Assembly: GCA_963847445.1 (NCBI GenBank) | Contig: CAWJZV010000015.1 | Location: 192,001 to 256,000 of the forward strand | DNA length: 64,000 nt | Reading direction: 5' to 3' | Source of the DNA: an uncultured delta proteobacterium | Lineage (GTDB): Bacteria > Desulfobacterota > Binatia > UBA9968 | In this document: one piece after another, positions 50,187 to 60,434 of the stretch | Layout of the letters: every line of letters begins with the position of its first letter | Position numbering within the stretch: the first letter of the stretch is position 1 | The notes under the pieces: model-generated | What the model was told of the DNA's origin: nothing | Database searches by the model: none | What the model saw: only the letters and a program-made list of their open reading frames with translations | Position numbers and translations under genes: made by a program

Positions 50187-50594
50187 CTAGGAAACGCTGC
50201 CCTCTTTTTTCTGCTCTTGGCGCAGCGGGATGGCACGGGCCTCGTTTTTCCTCATCGAGATATGCCCTTCGAGCACGGCGCCATCGCCGATCACTAGGCT
50301 TTGTGTAGTCACATCGCCCATCACCGTGCCCGGCGGCTGGATTTCCAGTTTTTTTTCGGTCACGACGTCGGCCATTACCTTGCCCTGCACCAAAATCGAT
50401 TGCGCGGTCACTTTACCTTTGATAGTTGCCTGCTGGCCGACGATGATATGGGCCTGAGCGACGATTTCTCCTTCAACTTCGCCATCGATCGTCACTTGGC
50501 CTTCGAAATGGAGTTTGCCGTTGATCTTCGTGCCGGCACCGAGGTATGCGCCCAAATCCGCCGGTAATCCGCTTGGTCTGTTGCTTTCTGCCAT
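50187..50594 (-). CDS. Bactofilin (polymer-forming cytoskeletal protein)
   Basis: LGAGTKINGKLHFEG..IDGEVEGEI...IGDGAVLEG beta-helix repeats; start MAESN after AAGGAGG. Confidence 0.9.
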   Translation of the reverse strand: MAESNRPSGLPADLGAYLGAGTKINGKLHFEGQVTIDGEVEGEIVAQAHIIVGQQATIKGKVTAQSILVQGKVMADVVTEKKLEIQPPGTVMGDVTTQSLVIGDGAVLEGHISMRKNEARAIPLRQEQKKEGSVS

Positions 50595-50799
50595 GAATGC
50601 CTCCTTACCGTCAAGTTTCGGACTATAAAGCACTGGGAAATCTTTGTCTAGTTTGATCGCCGCAAGTTTGTCGGTGGAACTCTTAGGCGATTTCTTTTGC
50701 CGCTGGCAGGTGGCTCTGCTATAAATTGCTTTACGGGCGAAAATATCATGCCGCTTCAACCGTTCTTGCGCGCCGGTGTCTTAAGTTAGGAGTAAGTCA

Positions 50800-52272
50800 A
50801 TGCAAATCGACGATCTGAGGGATTACCTCGATATCCTGGAGGAGTACCAAGAAGTACAGCGCATCGACGCTGAAGTGGATTGGAACCTGGAGATGGGCGC
50901 GATCACCCGGCGGGTGTACGATCTCGGCGCACCGGCGGCTTTATTCGAGAAAGTGAAGGGTTATCCGAAAGGCTTTCGTGCCCTCGGCGCTCCATTGGGT
51001 ACCAGCAGCCATCCCGGACACGGGCAGTTCGCGCGCACCGCGCTGGCCATGCATATGCCGCCGTCGTCGACCGCCAAGGAGATCATGGCGACTTATTTAC
51101 AGCGCAAGGAAAAATTGATCCCGCCGGTGACGGTGAAGAGCGGACCGTGCAAAGAGAACATCGATATCGGCGATGCCGTCGACGTGCTCAAGTTTCCGAT
51201 TCCGCTGATTCATGGCGGCGACGGCGGTCGCTACATCGGTACCTGGCATACGGTGATTACCAAAGATCCTGACAGTTCGTGGGTCAATTGGGGCATGTAC
51301 CGGTTGATGGTGCATGACCGCAACACCCTTGGTTGTCTTTTTCCGATGCAGCAGCATATCGGCCAGATGTACCAAAAATATGAAGCGATGAATAAGCCGA
51401 TGCCGGTGGCGGTGGCGATCGGCGGCCAGCCGGTGATTCCACTGGTGAGCTGCGTGATGCTGCCGCCCTACGTTAATGAAGCCGATGTTGCTGGCGCGCT
51501 GCAAAATGCGCCAATCCCGATGGTGAAATGCGAGACCGTGGATCTGGAAGTGCCGGCATCCGCTGAGATCGTTATTGAGGGTGAGGTGTTGCCGCATGAA
51601 CGCAGGACCGAAGGTCCCTTTGGCGAATACATGGGTTATGAAGCCGGCAAGTCGTCGCCTAAACCGATTCTAAGAATTAAGGCGATCACCTATCGCAACA
51701 ATCCGATCTTGCCTTTTTCCAACATGGGCATGCCGGTGCATGAAGGGCAGACGGCGACGGCGTTAATCAAAGGCGCGGAAATCTACGCCGAGCTAAAAAA
51801 ACTTGGATTGCCAGTAAAAGGTGTTTTCTGCCCACCCTTCGGCGTCGGCCATATGTGTGTGGTGTCCACGGAAGTGCCGTTTATCAACTTCGCCCGGCGC
51901 GTGGCTCATGCCGTGTGGGCGACCAAGCCTGGGTTATTTGTTTATTACATGGTCATCGTCGAGCCAGATGTCGATCCCACCAATATGGACGAGGTGCTGC
52001 ACGCGATCACGACCAAGTGCCATCCGGTCAACGGCGTCCATCATGTGCCGCATATTCCCGGTTTCCCGGTGCTCTTGCCGTTCTTAGCGCCTAAGGAGCG
52101 ATTGATTGGCGACGCTGCGGGAGTCATTTTTGATTGCACCTGGCCCAAGGACTGGCCCAAGGAGAGCATTCCGGAAAAAGCCAGCTTCGAAAATCTCTGG
52201 CCCAAGGAACTGCAGGCGCGCGTTCTGAAAAACTGGGAATCTTATGGATTTGCCGCCGCGCGCGGTAAGTAA
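50800..52272 (+). CDS. UbiD-family (de)carboxylase (Fdc/Ppc/HudA-like)
   Basis: DLRDYL, EVDWNLE, DGGRYI, NWGMYR, VPASAEIVIEG and EGPFGEYMGY motifs. Confidence 0.92.
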   Translation: MQIDDLRDYLDILEEYQEVQRIDAEVDWNLEMGAITRRVYDLGAPAALFEKVKGYPKGFRALGAPLGTSSHPGHGQFARTALAMHMPPSSTAKEIMATYLQRKEKLIPPVTVKSGPCKENIDIGDAVDVLKFPIPLIHGGDGGRYIGTWHTVITKDPDSSWVNWGMYRLMVHDRNTLGCLFPMQQHIGQMYQKYEAMNKPMPVAVAIGGQPVIPLVSCVMLPPYVNEADVAGALQNAPIPMVKCETVDLEVPASAEIVIEGEVLPHERRTEGPFGEYMGYEAGKSSPKPILRIKAITYRNNPILPFSNMGMPVHEGQTATALIKGAEIYAELKKLGLPVKGVFCPPFGVGHMCVVSTEVPFINFARRVAHAVWATKPGLFVYYMVIVEPDVDPTNMDEVLHAITTKCHPVNGVHHVPHIPGFPVLLPFLAPKERLIGDAAGVIFDCTWPKDWPKESIPEKASFENLWPKELQARVLKNWESYGFAAARGK

Positions 52273-52402
52273 CGACCGCTGAGTGGTTGTGCTTCGCCCG
52301 ATTGGCTATTTTTCCCGTTCCTTTAGTCGTTCTTGCCGGCTACAATAATCTTTGCTGCGTACCGATCGCTGGATCGTCGCGATAAGGAGATTGACAGTCG
52401 CC

Positions 52403-53659
52403 ATGGCGCACACCGACACAATCGAGCTTTTTCCGTATGGCCAAACCGATGTTAGAAAAGATGACATTGGTCCGGCCAAGCCCACGGTCATCCTGATTCG
52501 TTGGGCTGTGGTGATCCTGTGCAGCTATCTCATACTCCACCGAGTTGACGGCACGATCTCCAGCGACCTTTTGAACTTGCTGGTCGCACTCTACATGGCG
52601 ACCAACGTTGCCCTGTATTCGATCAAGGAAGAGTTGTTTCACCGGCCGGCGTTTCACAGCTCGTTGTTGGCGCTCGATACCTTCGTCATTACCATTTCAC
52701 TAATCGTCAATGGCAAAGTCGACAGCGAGTTTTTCCTGACTTACTTTTTTCTGATCATAATCTGTTGTTTCTTCGAGAGTTCCAAAACCGTCGCGGCGAT
52801 TTCGATCCTGGCACCATTAGGTTATGGCGCGCTCCTCTTTAGTAGCGGCTCCTACGACGCGAGCGCACTGTTACGGTTCCCATTTCTCTTCGTTGTGTCC
52901 TTATTTTACGGTTACTTCATGCAGCTGGTGCGGACACAAAAGGTGCTGCGCGAGCAGGCTGAGCAGAAGAACAAGGGGAAGGCGGAATTGCTCAACGTAC
53001 TTTCCCATGAATTGAAAACGCCGCTTACGGTCATCACCAGTTATGCCCAAGTGCTCAGGGAAAAGATGTTGGGTGACGTGACTTCGGAACAATCTGCTGC
53101 GCTGGGAAAGATCATGCAGCAATCGGAAACCTTGCTGGAAATCATGAACGCGATTCTCGATACCGCCAGTATCGAGACCCGCGCCGCCGAAGTGCGCAGG
53201 GAGGATGTTGCGCTTAGCGTATTGCTTGAAGATCTCCAGAGCAATTTTAGGGGGATCGGCGATAAGGACCAACAGTTGCTGGTATGGGACTATTCAGCAA
53301 CGTTGCCCAAGATGACGACCGATGCTGCGAAATTGAAAATCATTCTGCGCAACCTGATCAGTAATGCGCTCAAGTTCACCGAGAAAGGCGAAGTCCGTGT
53401 GACCGCTCGCCATCACCCAGAGAACAATCGAGTGGAGATCTCGATTAAAGACACGGGCATTGGAATCGATAAAGCGCAGAGCGTGCTAATCTTCCATAAG
53501 TTTTGGCAGGCCGATGCCGCCAAGATCAAAGACCATGGCGGCATGGGATTAGGCCTTTTTATCGTTAAGGAATTTTGTGAATTGCTCGGCGGTAGGGTCT
53601 CTGTTGAAAGCGAATTAGGCCAAGGGTCGGAGTTTAAAGTGGTGTTGCCCGCTCCATGA
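52403..53659 (+). CDS. Membrane-bound sensor histidine kinase
   Basis: N-terminal TM bundle; SHELKTPL (H box), NLISNALKFT (N box), DTGIGI (G1) and GMGLGL (G2). Confidence 0.92.
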   Translation: MAHTDTIELFPYGQTDVRKDDIGPAKPTVILIRWAVVILCSYLILHRVDGTISSDLLNLLVALYMATNVALYSIKEELFHRPAFHSSLLALDTFVITISLIVNGKVDSEFFLTYFFLIIICCFFESSKTVAAISILAPLGYGALLFSSGSYDASALLRFPFLFVVSLFYGYFMQLVRTQKVLREQAEQKNKGKAELLNVLSHELKTPLTVITSYAQVLREKMLGDVTSEQSAALGKIMQQSETLLEIMNAILDTASIETRAAEVRREDVALSVLLEDLQSNFRGIGDKDQQLLVWDYSATLPKMTTDAAKLKIILRNLISNALKFTEKGEVRVTARHHPENNRVEISIKDTGIGIDKAQSVLIFHKFWQADAAKIKDHGGMGLGLFIVKEFCELLGGRVSVESELGQGSEFKVVLPAP

Positions 53660-53873
53660 TTCTGTGATTTGACCACCCAGTTTCAGCTATTTTTGTAGCG
53701 CGCTGTAAGATTGCGGTCGGCTGCGTTTAACGTTTGGCTGTTAGTGGCGTAGAAAACTAGTCACGTAAGATTTCAAATTCGAAGCGCCACGGTGAAGTGG
53801 CTGTGGGTGAGAAAACGTCGCTGGGATAATCTCGGAAGCGGTCGATGGGGAGCGCTGGGGATGGGTTGTGGAC

Positions 53874-54077
53874 TTATCCAGCTTTTGGGATGACATTTTC
53901 CTCTTCCTCGACCCATTCCTGAAAACGGCTTTCCAAGATGCGCCATTGACCGCCCACCTTGAATGCCGGAATTTGCCGGTGCTGGATCATACGGTGCAGG
54001 GTTCTTTTGGATATCTTCAGTATGCCGGCAGCCTCCGCTAGGGTCAGCAACTTGATCACAGAATCGGGTTTTTGCAT
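53874..54077 (-). CDS. Small excisionase-like HTH (HTH_17) DNA-binding protein
   Basis: LLTLAEAAGILKISKRTLHRMIQHRQIPAFKVGGQWRI; start reassigned to MQKP after AGGAG. Confidence 0.85.
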   Translation of the reverse strand: MQKPDSVIKLLTLAEAAGILKISKRTLHRMIQHRQIPAFKVGGQWRILESRFQEWVEEEENVIPKAG

Positions 54078-54395
54078 GGCGATGGTACTCCTGAGTAGCT
54101 TACCACCGAGCAAGCGATATGCCATCATGGACAAGTCAATTAACCTATTGAAATCGCAGGCTCGCACTAGGCAAGCCAGGCGACGAGGACTTTGTTCTAT
54201 GGCAAATACTCGACAGGGCCGAACTGCTCGTGACAAAAGTGGCAGAAGGGCAAAATTGGCGATCTAGAATAGTAGGGGATCCCTCACTTACTGCCCCAGT
54301 CACGCTGGCTAGTCTAGCTAAGGCTAGAAGCCATATGAACAGCGAGCTCGATTGGCCGCTCGCGTCTGAAAGTTGAGCTGAGGCGTGAATTAGTG

Positions 54396-54482
54396 TGGTG
54401 CGAGGAGCGGGATTTGAACCCGCACGCCCTTTCGGGCACTAGCCCCTCAAACTAGCGCGTCTGCCGATTCCGCCACCCTCGC
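54396..54482 (-). tRNA. tRNA-Leu(GAG)
   Basis: GCGAGGG...anticodon arm CTAGT-TTGAGGG-GCTAG, long variable arm GCCCGAAAGGGC, GGTTCAAATCC and 3' CCA; 87 nt; typical position after secG. Confidence 0.97.
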
Positions 54483-54495
54483 AGTAGATAAAATC

Positions 54496-54864
54496 TTACG
54501 GATTTGCTGCCTTCGCTGGTAGTGTAGATTCTGGCTTAGCCGTCGCCGGTGGCGCTGACTGCTGCTGTGCCGGTGCCACTGGTTGGGCGCTGGTTGCTGC
54601 CGCCGGAGTTCGATTGTCGAATATCGTTGCCGACGGCTTGCGACCGGCGAAGTATCCAAGAGCTAACGATGTGACCATGAACACGATCGCCATGCCGGTG
54701 GTCAAGCGAGTCAGAAAGTTGCCGGCGCCGCTGCTGCCGAAGATCGTCGAGCTCGATCCGCCAAAAACCGCGCCAATCTCGGCACCTTTGCCGGTTTGAA
54801 GCAGTACCACCAGGATCAGCCCAACGCTGACGATGACATGTAAAATTGTGACTGCGATTATCAT
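54496..54864 (-). CDS. secG: Preprotein translocase subunit SecG
   Basis: VLLQTGKGAEIGAVFGG...GNFLTRLT. Confidence 0.95.
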   Translation of the reverse strand: MIIAVTILHVIVSVGLILVVLLQTGKGAEIGAVFGGSSSTIFGSSGAGNFLTRLTTGMAIVFMVTSLALGYFAGRKPSATIFDNRTPAAATSAQPVAPAQQQSAPPATAKPESTLPAKAANP

Positions 54865-54871
54865 AAAACCC

Positions 54872-55636
54872 TTACTTCTGTGAGAACGCTCGAATAATCG
54901 GTAAAAAAGTCTCGCTCTGCAAGCTCGCACCGCCAACGAGAAATCCGTCAATCTCTTCTACAGCCACGAGACTCGCGACATTCTCTGGTTTAACGCTACC
55001 GCCGTACAATATCCGCGCATGTTTTCCCGCCGAAGGCCCAAACCGATTGGTCAGACACTTGCGGATTAGGCGGTGAACTTGGCTGATCTGTTTTGGCGTT
55101 GCGTTTTGTCCGGTGCCGATGGCCCAGACCGGCTCGTAAGCGATTTCAATATTGGCTATATCAGCTTTCGTCAATCCCTTCAATGCAATCCGCAGCTGGC
55201 GGCGAATTACCATCGCGGTTGTTTTCGCTTGGCGCTCATCGAGAGTTTCGCCAACGCATAAAATCGCCCGTATCCCCTGGCTCAACACGGGCGCCAGCTT
55301 GCGCCCGATCATTGCGTCGCTTTCGTGAAAGATGTGGCGCCGCTCGGAATGGCCGACGATGACATAGGCGCAACCGATTTCGCGCAGCATCACGGGACTG
55401 ACCTCGCCGGTATAGGCGCCATGGCTTTCCCAGTGGCAGTTTTGCGCGGCGAGCTTAATCGGGCTGCCTCTGAGGCATCGATGAACCGCGTTCAGTGCGG
55501 TGAACGGCGGCGCCAGGACGACCTCCGCGCTGACGGGTTCGCGGCGCAGTGCGCGAACGATCTGCCGAGCCAGGCGGGCGCAGTGGGCCTGATCGCCATG
55601 CATCTTCCAATTGGCGACTACCAGTGGTGTGCTCAT
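54872..55636 (-). CDS. tpiA: Triosephosphate isomerase
   Basis: NWKM, GHSERR, AYEPVWAIGTG, YGGSV and LVGGAS motifs. Confidence 0.97.
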   Translation of the reverse strand: MSTPLVVANWKMHGDQAHCARLARQIVRALRREPVSAEVVLAPPFTALNAVHRCLRGSPIKLAAQNCHWESHGAYTGEVSPVMLREIGCAYVIVGHSERRHIFHESDAMIGRKLAPVLSQGIRAILCVGETLDERQAKTTAMVIRRQLRIALKGLTKADIANIEIAYEPVWAIGTGQNATPKQISQVHRLIRKCLTNRFGPSAGKHARILYGGSVKPENVASLVAVEEIDGFLVGGASLQSETFLPIIRAFSQK

Positions 55637-56815
55637 GGTTGGTCGTCCAGTGCTTTGATCCCCGGGAGGGTTTTGCCTTCAAGAAATTCCAAAGTCGCGC
55701 CGCCGCCGGTTGACAGGTGGGCGATACGTGCACTTACGCCCGCTGCCGATACCGCCGCTACCGTGTCGCCACCGGCAATGACGCCGACCACCGCGGGATG
55801 ATTGTCGGCCAGGGTTTGCGCGAGAACCCGGCTCCCTTGGTCGTAGGGTGGGACCTCAAAAAGTCCCGACCGGCCCATTCCACAGGACGAGCTTGGCTTT
55901 GCCGATCTCGGCTGCGAAGATTAGCGCGGTCTTGGGTCCGATGTCGAGTCCCACGCGGTCCTCTGGAATCGCGCTGTCGTTGATGGTTATTGGATGCTTT
56001 CTTTCGCTGTCGCCGGCGATATGATCGACCGGCAGTAGCAGGTTGACACCGAGCTGTTCGGCTTGCTGCATCAGTTCGGTTGCGAGGTCGATCTTATCAT
56101 GCTCCAGCAGCGACTTGCCGATGCCGACGCCCTTGGCTTTCAAGAACGTGTAGGCCATGCCCCCGCCGATTAGCAGACTGCTCACTTGGGGCAGCAGATT
56201 TCTGATCACGCCGATCTTGTCGGAAACCTTTGCCCCGCCCAGTATCGTAACGAAGGGCTTCGCTGGATGGGCCAGTAGTGGTCCGAGATAGTCCAATTCT
56301 TTCTGTAAGAGCAGGCCGGCGCCTTTATTCTTGAAAAATTTCGCCATGCCGGCAATCGAGGCGTGCGCGCGGTGGGCCGCGCCAAAGGCGTCGTCAACGT
56401 AAGTGTCGGCGAGGGCGGCCAGAGCGCGGGAAAAATTTTCGTCGTTTTTCTCTTCTTCCGGGTGAAAACGGAGGTTTTCCAGAAGCACGACTTTGCTGTC
56501 TCCCGTCCGCACCAGACTTTCAACGGCTGGGCCGATGCAGTCGCTGGCCATGGTGACGGGAAGTTTCAGGGAGTCTTGCAGGTAGCGTTGCACTGGCGCC
56601 AGGCTGTACTTCTCGACCACTTTACCGTCGGGCCGGCCCAGGTGTGAGGCAACAATAACTTTCTTGGCGCGCTCCAAGATGAAGCGGAGGGTCGGTAGCG
56701 CGCTGTCGATACGATGCGGCTCGCCGACTTTGCCGTCTTTGATCGGCACGTTAAAGTCCACGCGCAGGAACACCGTCTTGTCATGCAGATCGAGTTCGGT
56801 GAGTTTTCGAATCAT
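55633..56815 (-). CDS. pgk: Phosphoglycerate kinase; one frameshift near 55865
   Basis: RVDFNVP, SHLGRP, LENLRF, DAFGAAHR, GGAKVSDK, WNGP, GGDT and STGGGA motifs. Confidence 0.95.
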
Positions 56816-56863
56816 GGTTTCGGTCTCCACCCAGGAAAGTTTTGATAAAACAGGATTTCTCAA

Positions 56864-56892
56864 TTGACTAATTACAAGGCTTGTAATACTTT
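56864..56892 (+). promoter_or_regulatory. Sigma70-type promoter of tolQ containing a palindromic operator-like site
   Basis: TTGACT-17 nt-TACTTT; the spacer holds the perfect inverted repeat ATTACAAG-G-CTTGTAAT (56871-56887). Confidence 0.6.
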
Positions 56893-56915
56893 TTCAATTA
56901 TCCGCAGCAAAACTC

Positions 56916-57659
56916 GTGATGTCTTTTTTCCGGTCGTTTAATTTAATACTGCAAAACGCTCTGCCAGCGCCGCAACAGCACGGAATTCTCGATCTGGTGC
57001 GCGGTTCCGGGCTGGTCGTGCAGGGGATTCTCTATATTCTGGTTTTTTTCTCGGTGATGAGTTGGGGCATTATCGCACAGAAATTTCAGCAGATTCGCCG
57101 CGCCAAGAGGGAGTCGGCGAAGTTCATCGAAATATTTTGGGAACGGCGCAATCTGTCGTCGATCCACGATGCCAGCCGTGAGTTGGCGTCAAGCCCGGTG
57201 GGTCAGGTGTTTCGTGCCGGTTACGAAGAGCTGGTGCGGGTGTCGCGCTCGAAGAAGGAGTCGTCGCCGGGGGAAAGTCTCACCACCGAATTGGGCGGTG
57301 TCGACAACGTCTCGCGGGCGATGCAGCGGGCGACCAGTGTTGAGATCACCAAGTTGGAAAAGCACTGCTCGTTCCTGGCGACGACGGCAAGTTCGGCGCC
57401 GTTCGTCGGACTGTTCGGCACGGTTTGGGGCATCATGAATGCTTTTCTCGGGCTGAGTGTTACCCAGTCTTCGAGTATCCAAGCGGTTGCTCCGGGCATC
57501 GCCGAGGCGTTGATCGCCACTGCAGTCGGGTTGGCTGCGGCGATTCCAGCCTTGATCGCCTACAATTATTTTGTCCAGCAGATCAAGGTGGTCGCCGTGG
57601 AGATGGACAACTTTTCTCACGAATTTCTCAATATCGCAGAACGCCACTTCTTCAAGTAA
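56916..57659 (+). CDS. tolQ: Tol-Pal system protein TolQ
   Basis: SWGII, FLATTASSAPFVGLFGTVWGIM and VAPGIAEALIATAVGL motifs. Confidence 0.95.
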   Translation: MMSFFRSFNLILQNALPAPQQHGILDLVRGSGLVVQGILYILVFFSVMSWGIIAQKFQQIRRAKRESAKFIEIFWERRNLSSIHDASRELASSPVGQVFRAGYEELVRVSRSKKESSPGESLTTELGGVDNVSRAMQRATSVEITKLEKHCSFLATTASSAPFVGLFGTVWGIMNAFLGLSVTQSSSIQAVAPGIAEALIATAVGLAAAIPALIAYNYFVQQIKVVAVEMDNFSHEFLNIAERHFFK

Positions 57660-57718
57660 CAAAATAAAAGCGTATAATCGGACTATCGTCGGTAGTAATT
57701 TTAGGAGACGGTATAGCC

Positions 57719-58135
57719 ATGGATGCATCGTCCCAGCGCAATGGCGCAACAATAGCGGCGATCAATGTGACGCCGTTGGTCGACGTGATGCTGGTTTTGC
57801 TGGTGATTTTTATGGTGACGGCACCGATCATCCAACAGGGCGTGCAGGTCAATTTGCCGGCGGCGCGAAGCAGTGCAATACCCGGAACCGAAGAACATCT
57901 GGTGGTGACCGTGGCCAAGAACGGCAAGACTTATCTGAACGACAATGTCATGACCCTCGGCGAACTCGGCGCAAAACTGCGCGCGATTGCGAAATCCCAG
58001 CCGAACAAGCAAGTCTATTTAAGGGCGGACCAAGATGTCCGTTACGGCCTGGTGATGAAAACCATTGCTGAAATTAAGCAGGCCGGTATTGAACGGCTGG
58101 GCATGGTCACCCGGCCGCCGTCTGAAGAGGGCTGA
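57719..58135 (+). CDS. tolR: Tol-Pal system protein TolR
   Basis: INVTPLVDVMLVLLVIFMVTAP and LRADQDVRYG motifs. Confidence 0.95.
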   Translation: MDASSQRNGATIAAINVTPLVDVMLVLLVIFMVTAPIIQQGVQVNLPAARSSAIPGTEEHLVVTVAKNGKTYLNDNVMTLGELGAKLRAIAKSQPNKQVYLRADQDVRYGLVMKTIAEIKQAGIERLGMVTRPPSEEG

Positions 58136-59062
58136 TTGTCGATGACAGGAGATAATTCCTCTCCAACCATTAGTTTGCGTGAACGCTCGTTTCCTCTCGC
58201 CGGCGCCGAAGAACGGTTGCCGAAGTGGGTCACGTTTTCTTTGATCGTCCATGTCGGTCTAGCGCTACTGATTATCATCGCGCCCTTTACGTCGTCACCG
58301 CGTTTGCCGACTACTCCCATTTACACAGTCGATTTGGTCGGCGGCGAGCGCATTGGTCGCACCTCCTTTGGAACCGAGTTAAGCGGTCCGGCAAAAAACG
58401 ATGTGAAAGCGGCCGAAGCGCCAGCGCCGATCGCTGTCCCGAAGAAAGAAATGCGCCAGGAAAAGGCCGAGAAAACCAAAATCGCGGAAAAGAAAATTGT
58501 CGACGATGACCATGTCCTGCTGCGCGACAAGGTCAAAAAGGAGCCCGCGAAAAAAGAACCGACCAATGAATCCAAAGACGAGGATAGAGCTGAAACTGCT
58601 TCCGCCGATAGCGTGCGCGAACGGTTGATCAAGTCCGCCGCTGAGCGAGCGTCGGCGGGAACTGGAACCGCTCAGAAATCGTCAAAAGGAGAGGCGCTAA
58701 GCACGGGTACCGGCGAGGGTGTGGGTGGTGCGGCGTTGGGAGCGAGTGGACGTGGCGGCCCAGGGATAGTCAAAGGGATGGATTATGTCATCTATCAAAA
58801 TCGCATGCTGAGCACGATTAAGAATAATTGGGTATGGGTGGGACCGCGCAGCAAGATCAAAGTCGTAGTGCAGTTTAATATCAAAGACAGCGGCGAAATA
58901 GTCGGGCTCAAGATTGCCCAGTCATCCGGCAATTCGTCTTACGACGATTCAGTCCTGAGGGCGGTGCGAAAATCGAGCCCGCTGCCAGCGCTCACGGAAA
59001 ACATTCGCAATGGTTTCTCCGAAGTCGAGCTGGCATTTCGGCCGGAGGATCTGGAGGCTTAA
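58136..59062 (+). CDS. tolA: TolA/TonB-family energy transducer
   Basis: TM SLIVH motif, Lys/Glu-rich linker, TonB_C-like domain (SSGNSSYDDSVLRAV); position in the tol operon. Confidence 0.85.
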   Translation: MSMTGDNSSPTISLRERSFPLAGAEERLPKWVTFSLIVHVGLALLIIIAPFTSSPRLPTTPIYTVDLVGGERIGRTSFGTELSGPAKNDVKAAEAPAPIAVPKKEMRQEKAEKTKIAEKKIVDDDHVLLRDKVKKEPAKKEPTNESKDEDRAETASADSVRERLIKSAAERASAGTGTAQKSSKGEALSTGTGEGVGGAALGASGRGGPGIVKGMDYVIYQNRMLSTIKNNWVWVGPRSKIKVVVQFNIKDSGEIVGLKIAQSSGNSSYDDSVLRAVRKSSPLPALTENIRNGFSEVELAFRPEDLEA

Positions 59063-59066
59063 TCGG

Positions 59067-60386
59067 ATGAAAGTTTTGTTCCTGGTGCTAGCGTTCATAG
59101 TCAGTTTCAATATCGAAACGGCGTTGGCGCAATTTAAAGGCGAGATCGTCGGTTCCGGCGGCCAGAAGTTTCCCATTGCGGTATCGCCGCTGCGCAATAC
59201 TCGGCGGGTCGACGGCTGATTCCGGCCGCTTCTCGACGGGAATCGCCGATGCCATCGTCCATGATCTGGAGCTTTCGGGCTGGTTCCGGGTAATCGATCG
59301 ATCGAGTTACATCGAAAGCCCGCAAAAGAGCGGCATTACGCTCGGCACCTTCGATCTTAAAGATTGGTCGACCCTCGGCGCGGAGGGATTAGTCAAGGGC
59401 GGGTTCTCGGTGCAGGGCGATGAGATCACCGTGGAGTTGCGGTTGTTCGATGTCTACCAAGGCAAAGAGCGCATCGCCAAACGTTACACTGGGGGAGTGC
59501 GCCAATTTCGCCGCATCGCCCATAAATTCGTCGACGAGATTATCAACCAATTCACCGGTATTCCCGGCGTTTTCAATACCCAAATCGCCTACGTCTCCAA
59601 TAGCGGCGGTCGCTTTAAAGAGATTTACTTGTCGCATCTTGACGGTAGCGAGAAGACTCAGGTCACCGATAACCGGACAATCAACCTCTCGCCGTCCTGG
59701 AGCGCCAACGGCCGGTCCATTCTGTATTCATCGTTCAAGGATCGCGGTCAAACCCTCTTTCTCCGCGATCTCGACAGCGGCAAAGAAGTCAGATTCAATC
59801 CTCCCGGCGCGGGCCGGTATCTCGGCGGTAAGCTTTCTCCCGACGGCCAAATGGTGGTGGCCACCTATGAGTCGGCGGGCAACACCAATCTTTATCTGCT
59901 CGATCGCAACGGTGGCGTTATCCGGCGCTTGACCGAGGACCCTGGGATCGAGGTCTCGCCGGCTTGGTCGCCCGATGGCAAACAGGTTGTGTTCGTGTCC
60001 GACCGTAGCGGTTCGCCGCAGATTTTCGTTATCGACATTCAGGGTGGCAAGACCCGGCGGGTGACTTACAGCGGGAGTTACAACACTTCGCCCGAATGGT
60101 CTCCCAAGGGAGACCGCATCGTCTATACCGGTAGGGTCGGAAGCAAGTTTGCTATCTTTACGATCGCCGCGGAAGGCGGCGATCCGCGCAAGCTCACGTC
60201 GGAAGCGTCAATGACAGCGAAGATCCGACTTGGTCGCCGGATGGCAGATTTATTGCGTTTTCATCAAATCGCGCCGGCAAGTACCATCTTTATGTGATGC
60301 AAGCGAGTGGTGAGAATCAACGGCGACTGACAGGCTCCGGTGGTGACGACACCAAACCGAGCTGGTCGCCGCGGCTCCTCGACTGA
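59067..60386 (+). CDS. tolB: Tol-Pal beta-propeller protein TolB; two frameshifts
   Basis: Signal peptide, IAH...GVFNTQIAYVS and repeated SP.WSPDG propeller units. Confidence 0.92.
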
Positions 60387-60434
60387 ACTATTTCTCTAAA
60401 CGGTTGTGACTAAAGCAAGTTTTCGACCAATAAG

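Noticed and set aside
53660-54482. Prophage or integrative element at tRNA-Leu
   Set aside because: No integrase, no phage genes and no duplicated tRNA 3' end visible in the window.
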